Shown in pieces: positions 61,011 to 64,000 of a stretch of DNA of 64,000 nucleotides. Numbering within the stretch: the stretch's first letter is position 1; every line of letters starts with the position of its first letter. The stretch is from an uncultured Pseudomonadales bacterium (GTDB lineage: Bacteria > Pseudomonadota > Gammaproteobacteria > Pseudomonadales > Balneatricaceae): positions 356 through 64,355 of the forward strand of contig CALKFY010000048.1 of the NCBI GenBank assembly GCA_938084925.1, in the 5' to 3' direction. The translations under genes and the position numbers were made by a program. The notes under the pieces are model-generated. The model was not told the origin of the DNA, searched no databases, and was given only the letters and a program-made list of their open reading frames with translations.

Positions 61011-62540
61011 ATGAAAGCCTCACTACAGTTAAAGATGAATCAGCAGCTGGCCATGACGCCACAGCTGCAACAGGCTATCCGCTTATTACAACTTTCCACC
61101 CTCGATCTACAACAAGAAATTCAACAAGCTCTCGATAGCAACCCCCTACTTGAAGTAGAAGAAGACCAAGATCCAGAACCCAGTCAAGATGATAACAACC
61201 TACAAAGCCAAGACCCAGGTTTAAGCAACAGCGACCAAGAACAACCCACCCCCAGTAATGATCAAACCACCGATCACCTAGAAGACGAAAGCTATGCTGA
61301 CAATGATTGGAACGAAGAGATTCCTGTTGAACTAGCTACTGACAGTGCTTGGGATGATGTATTCCAAAATGCAGCCGGATCTGGCTCTATCGCTGGTGGT
61401 GACGACTTCGATTTTGATAGTATCAATGGCGACACACCTGATTTACAAGCGCATTTAGAGTGGCAGCTTAATCTTACTCCTATGAGTGATATAGATCGCT
61501 TTGTAGGCACCTCAGTAATAGACGCTATTGATGAACGCGGCTACCTCAGCCAGAGCCATGAAGAATTACTAGAGGGTATCAACGACAACTTTGCCCAAAT
61601 AGGCCTAGAAGAAAGCCTAGAAGTGGACGAGTTGTTAGCGGTCATTCATCGTATACAACAATTTGACCCCTTAGGTGTTGCCGCCCAAGATCTACGTGAA
61701 TGCCTACTCATTCAGCTACGCCAACTGCCCAGCGACACGCCTTGGCGCGAAGGTGCCATTACCATTGTTGATAAATACTTAGATGTTCTGGCCAGTCACG
61801 ATTACAACCTGTTACGCCGCCGCTCGGGATATAAAGAAACCCAACTGCAAGACATCATAGGCCTGATCACTAGTCTACAGCCAGAACCTGGCGCCAAGGT
61901 GGCCATCAATCACGCTGAATACGTCGTACCAGATGTCATGGTACGTAAAGTCAATGGCGCTTGGCGTGTGGAACTTAATCCTGACTCTGCACCGAAGATT
62001 CGCATCAACCAGCAGTATGCCTCACTCGGTAAATCCTCTAATGCCAGCGACAACCAGTTTATTAAGAACCACCTGCAAGAAGCCAAGTGGTTCTTAAAGA
62101 GCTTAGAAAGCAGAAATGATACACTACTAAAGGTAGCTGGCCGCATCTGTGACATTCAACAAGGCTTTTTAGAATACGGCGAAGAAGCCATGAAACCCTT
62201 GGTACTTGCAGAGATTGCTGAACAAGTGGAAATGCACGAATCGACTATTTCTAGGGTTACCACTCAGAAATATATCCACACCCCTCGTGGCATTTTTGAG
62301 CTGAAATACTTTTTCTCCAGTCACGTAGCTACGGCTAATGGTGGCGAAGCATCTAGTACCGCTATCCGCGCACTGATCAAAAAATTGATTGCCGCAGAAC
62401 TACCTCGTAAACCCTTAAGTGACAGCAAATTAACAGGTTTACTCGAAGACCAAGGCATTCAGGTAGCCAGGCGCACAATCGCCAAATACCGAGAAAGCAT
62501 GAACATTCCACCCTCCAACGAACGCAAACGCCTAGCTTAA
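61011..62540 (+). CDS. rpoN: RNA polymerase sigma-54
   Basis: [21 protein letters not shown], RpoN box [10 protein letters not shown]; ATG at 61011. Confidence 0.98.
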   Translation: MKASLQLKMNQQLAMTPQLQQAIRLLQLSTLDLQQEIQQALDSNPLLEVEEDQDPEPSQDDNNLQSQDPGLSNSDQEQPTPSNDQTTDHLEDESYADNDWNEEIPVELATDSAWDDVFQNAAGSGSIAGGDDFDFDSINGDTPDLQAHLEWQLNLTPMSDIDRFVGTSVIDAIDERGYLSQSHEELLEGINDNFAQIGLEESLEVDELLAVIHRIQQFDPLGVAAQDLRECLLIQLRQLPSDTPWREGAITIVDKYLDVLASHDYNLLRRRSGYKETQLQDIIGLITSLQPEPGAKVAINHAEYVVPDVMVRKVNGAWRVELNPDSAPKIRINQQYASLGKSSNASDNQFIKNHLQEAKWFLKSLESRNDTLLKVAGRICDIQQGFLEYGEEAMKPLVLAEIAEQVEMHESTISRVTTQKYIHTPRGIFELKYFFSSHVATANGGEASSTAIRALIKKLIAAELPRKPLSDSKLTGLLEDQGIQVARRTIAKYRESMNIPPSNERKRLA

Positions 62541-62550
62541 CTTTTACATC

Positions 62551-62997
62551 ATGGAAATTATCGACATTCTCACCCCTGCCCGCACTCTTAACGCTCTTGA
62601 GTGCAACAGTAAAAAACGCGCCATTGAAGCCGCCTCAGAATGGCTAGCCAGTGTTATACCGGCCTTCAATGCAACGGAGCTTTTCACGGCCTTAATTGGT
62701 CGAGAAAAACTGGGTAGCACCGGTTTTGGCGATGGCATTGCCATACCCCACTGCCGCATCGCTACCTGCCAGCAGGTCACCGGCGCCCTGATCAAGCTGG
62801 CACACGGTGTTGATTTTGATGCCATCGACCGCCAACCCGTCGACATCATGTTTATCTTGTTAGTACCGCAAGATGCAACTAGCGAGCACCTGCAAGTACT
62901 ATCTACTTTGGCCGGCCAATTTAGTCAGGCCGAATTCCGCGAACGCCTACGTGCCTGCGATAGCAATGATGCACTTTTTGCAGCCGCTACGCGATAA
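62551..62997 (+). CDS. ptsN: PTS nitrogen regulatory EIIA
   Basis: SKKR, REKLGSTGFGDGIAIPHCR, FDAID, HLQVL. Confidence 0.95.
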   Translation: MEIIDILTPARTLNALECNSKKRAIEAASEWLASVIPAFNATELFTALIGREKLGSTGFGDGIAIPHCRIATCQQVTGALIKLAHGVDFDAIDRQPVDIMFILLVPQDATSEHLQVLSTLAGQFSQAEFRERLRACDSNDALFAAATR

Positions 62998-63072
62998 CTG
63001 TTAACGGCATTGGACAACAATAGCCCTTAACCAGTATGCTTGAGGGCTTATTTATAGATATCTACTAAAATC

Positions 63073-63351
63073 ATGAGCGATCTAATCGAATCCAACATTA
63101 CTATTGTCAACAAGCTAGGCTTGCATGCTCGCGCTGCCGCCAAGCTAGTCAATGTAGCTAGCAAACATGCGTGTGAGATAGAAATTGGCATTCCTGATCG
63201 CATGGTCAATGCCAAGAGCATCATGTCTGTCATGCTGCTGGCTGCAAGCCAAGGCACTGAACTTAACATCAAGGTGCAAGGTGAAAATGCCCATCAAGCC
63301 CACATTGATGTCTGCGACATTATCAACAACCGCTTCGACGAAGACGAATAA
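63073..63351 (+). CDS. npr: Phosphocarrier NPr (HPr family)
   Basis: NKLGLHARAAAKL, AKSIMSVMLLA; rpoN operon position. Confidence 0.9.
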   Translation: MSDLIESNITIVNKLGLHARAAAKLVNVASKHACEIEIGIPDRMVNAKSIMSVMLLAASQGTELNIKVQGENAHQAHIDVCDIINNRFDEDE

Positions 63352-63447
63352 CTAGCGGATTTTCCTAAAAAAATTCTTCCCAGCAGGCCTGATAAAGGTT
63401 CCGCTTAGGAGCCAGCTCAGCTAAAATAAATGCTTACTGATTAACCC

Positions 63448-64000
63448 ATGGTACGAGTCATGATGGAATCTAGGCTACAAGAGCTGAACGATGCCCTCGA
63501 AAGTGGCGCCTTTATACAGGTGCGCCATATGCTCAACCATACTCTCAAACCAGCCCATACCGCCCACCTACTCGAATCCTCACCACCACGGGAACGTGAA
63601 ATTCTGTGGAACCTGATTGATGCTGAGAACGAAGGCGAAGTACTACAGCACCTAAACGACGATATCCAGGCCGACTTCCTAAAAAGCATGGATATGGAAG
63701 AGCTGCTGCAAGCCACAGAAAATCTTGATACCGATGACTTGGCTGACATCCTGCAACAGCTACCCAAAACCGTGTTGCGAGAAGTCCTGCATAGTATGGA
63801 CCAACAGGACCGCCAACGGGTTGAACGTGTCCTGCAGTACCCAGAGGATACGGCAGGCGGGTTAATGAACACCGACATCATCAGTGTTCGCCCTGACATT
63901 ACCATCGACACCGTATTGCGTTTCTTACGCCGCCATGAAGAAATGCCCGACACCACCGATAATATCTTCGTGGTGACCCGCAAAGACCGCTATATTGGCC
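63448..64000 (+). CDS. mgtE: Magnesium transporter MgtE, runs off the window end
   Basis: Manual translation ...AHLLESSPPRER...DTDDLADILQQLP...YPEDTAGGLMNTD; missing from the ORF track because it has no stop in the window; start 63448, 63460 or 63463. Confidence 0.93.
   Translation, partial: MVRVMMESRLQELNDALESGAFIQVRHMLNHTLKPAHTAHLLESSPPREREILWNLIDAENEGEVLQHLNDDIQADFLKSMDMEELLQATENLDTDDLADILQQLPKTVLREVLHSMDQQDRQRVERVLQYPEDTAGGLMNTDIISVRPDITIDTVLRFLRRHEEMPDTTDNIFVVTRKDRYIG

Noticed and set aside
63441-63983. 180-aa minus-strand ORF
   Set aside because: Antisense to mgtE, which is the real gene on the plus strand

Overview
Mostly core chromosome of a Gammaproteobacterium with Pseudomonadales/Oceanospirillales-like gene order. 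From left to right: yadGH ABC transporter; an accessory 1.3-10 kb block (xdhC-mocA-iorAB molybdoenzyme operon, orphan winged-helix regulator, GNAT-membrane protein-DedA operon, and an MFS transporter with a ~290-aa acidic 15-residue-repeat tail); mutT-argJ-secA; the complete dcw cluster lpxC to mraZ; a GntR and an M48-type gene inserted before RNase P RNA (rnpB); rsmI-lpoA-yraN-SIS-BON; sspBA; petABC; rpsI-rplM; zapG/zapE; nif3; degS; cmoAB; hisDG-murA-ibaG; mlaCDEF; yrbG-lptCAB-rpoN-ptsN-npr-mgtE. I found no tRNA, rRNA, CRISPR array, transposase, prophage or defence system, and no clear multi-gene novel system. The best leads are: (1) the MFS-repeat-solenoid fusion; (2) several families of intergenic palindromic elements (GGGGWCWG-tagged inverted repeats with duplicated arms, GTAG-type REP doublets, a GTACA-TCC-TGTAC element), one apparently nested in another; (3) a structured ~290-nt element upstream of the rnpB promoter; (4) a GmhA/DiaA homologue that has lost its catalytic motifs, plus clean absence of kdsD-kdsC, mlaB, hpf, rapZ, hisC and dciA from their usual operon positions. 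Family calls come from motif recognition and gene order, not database searches.
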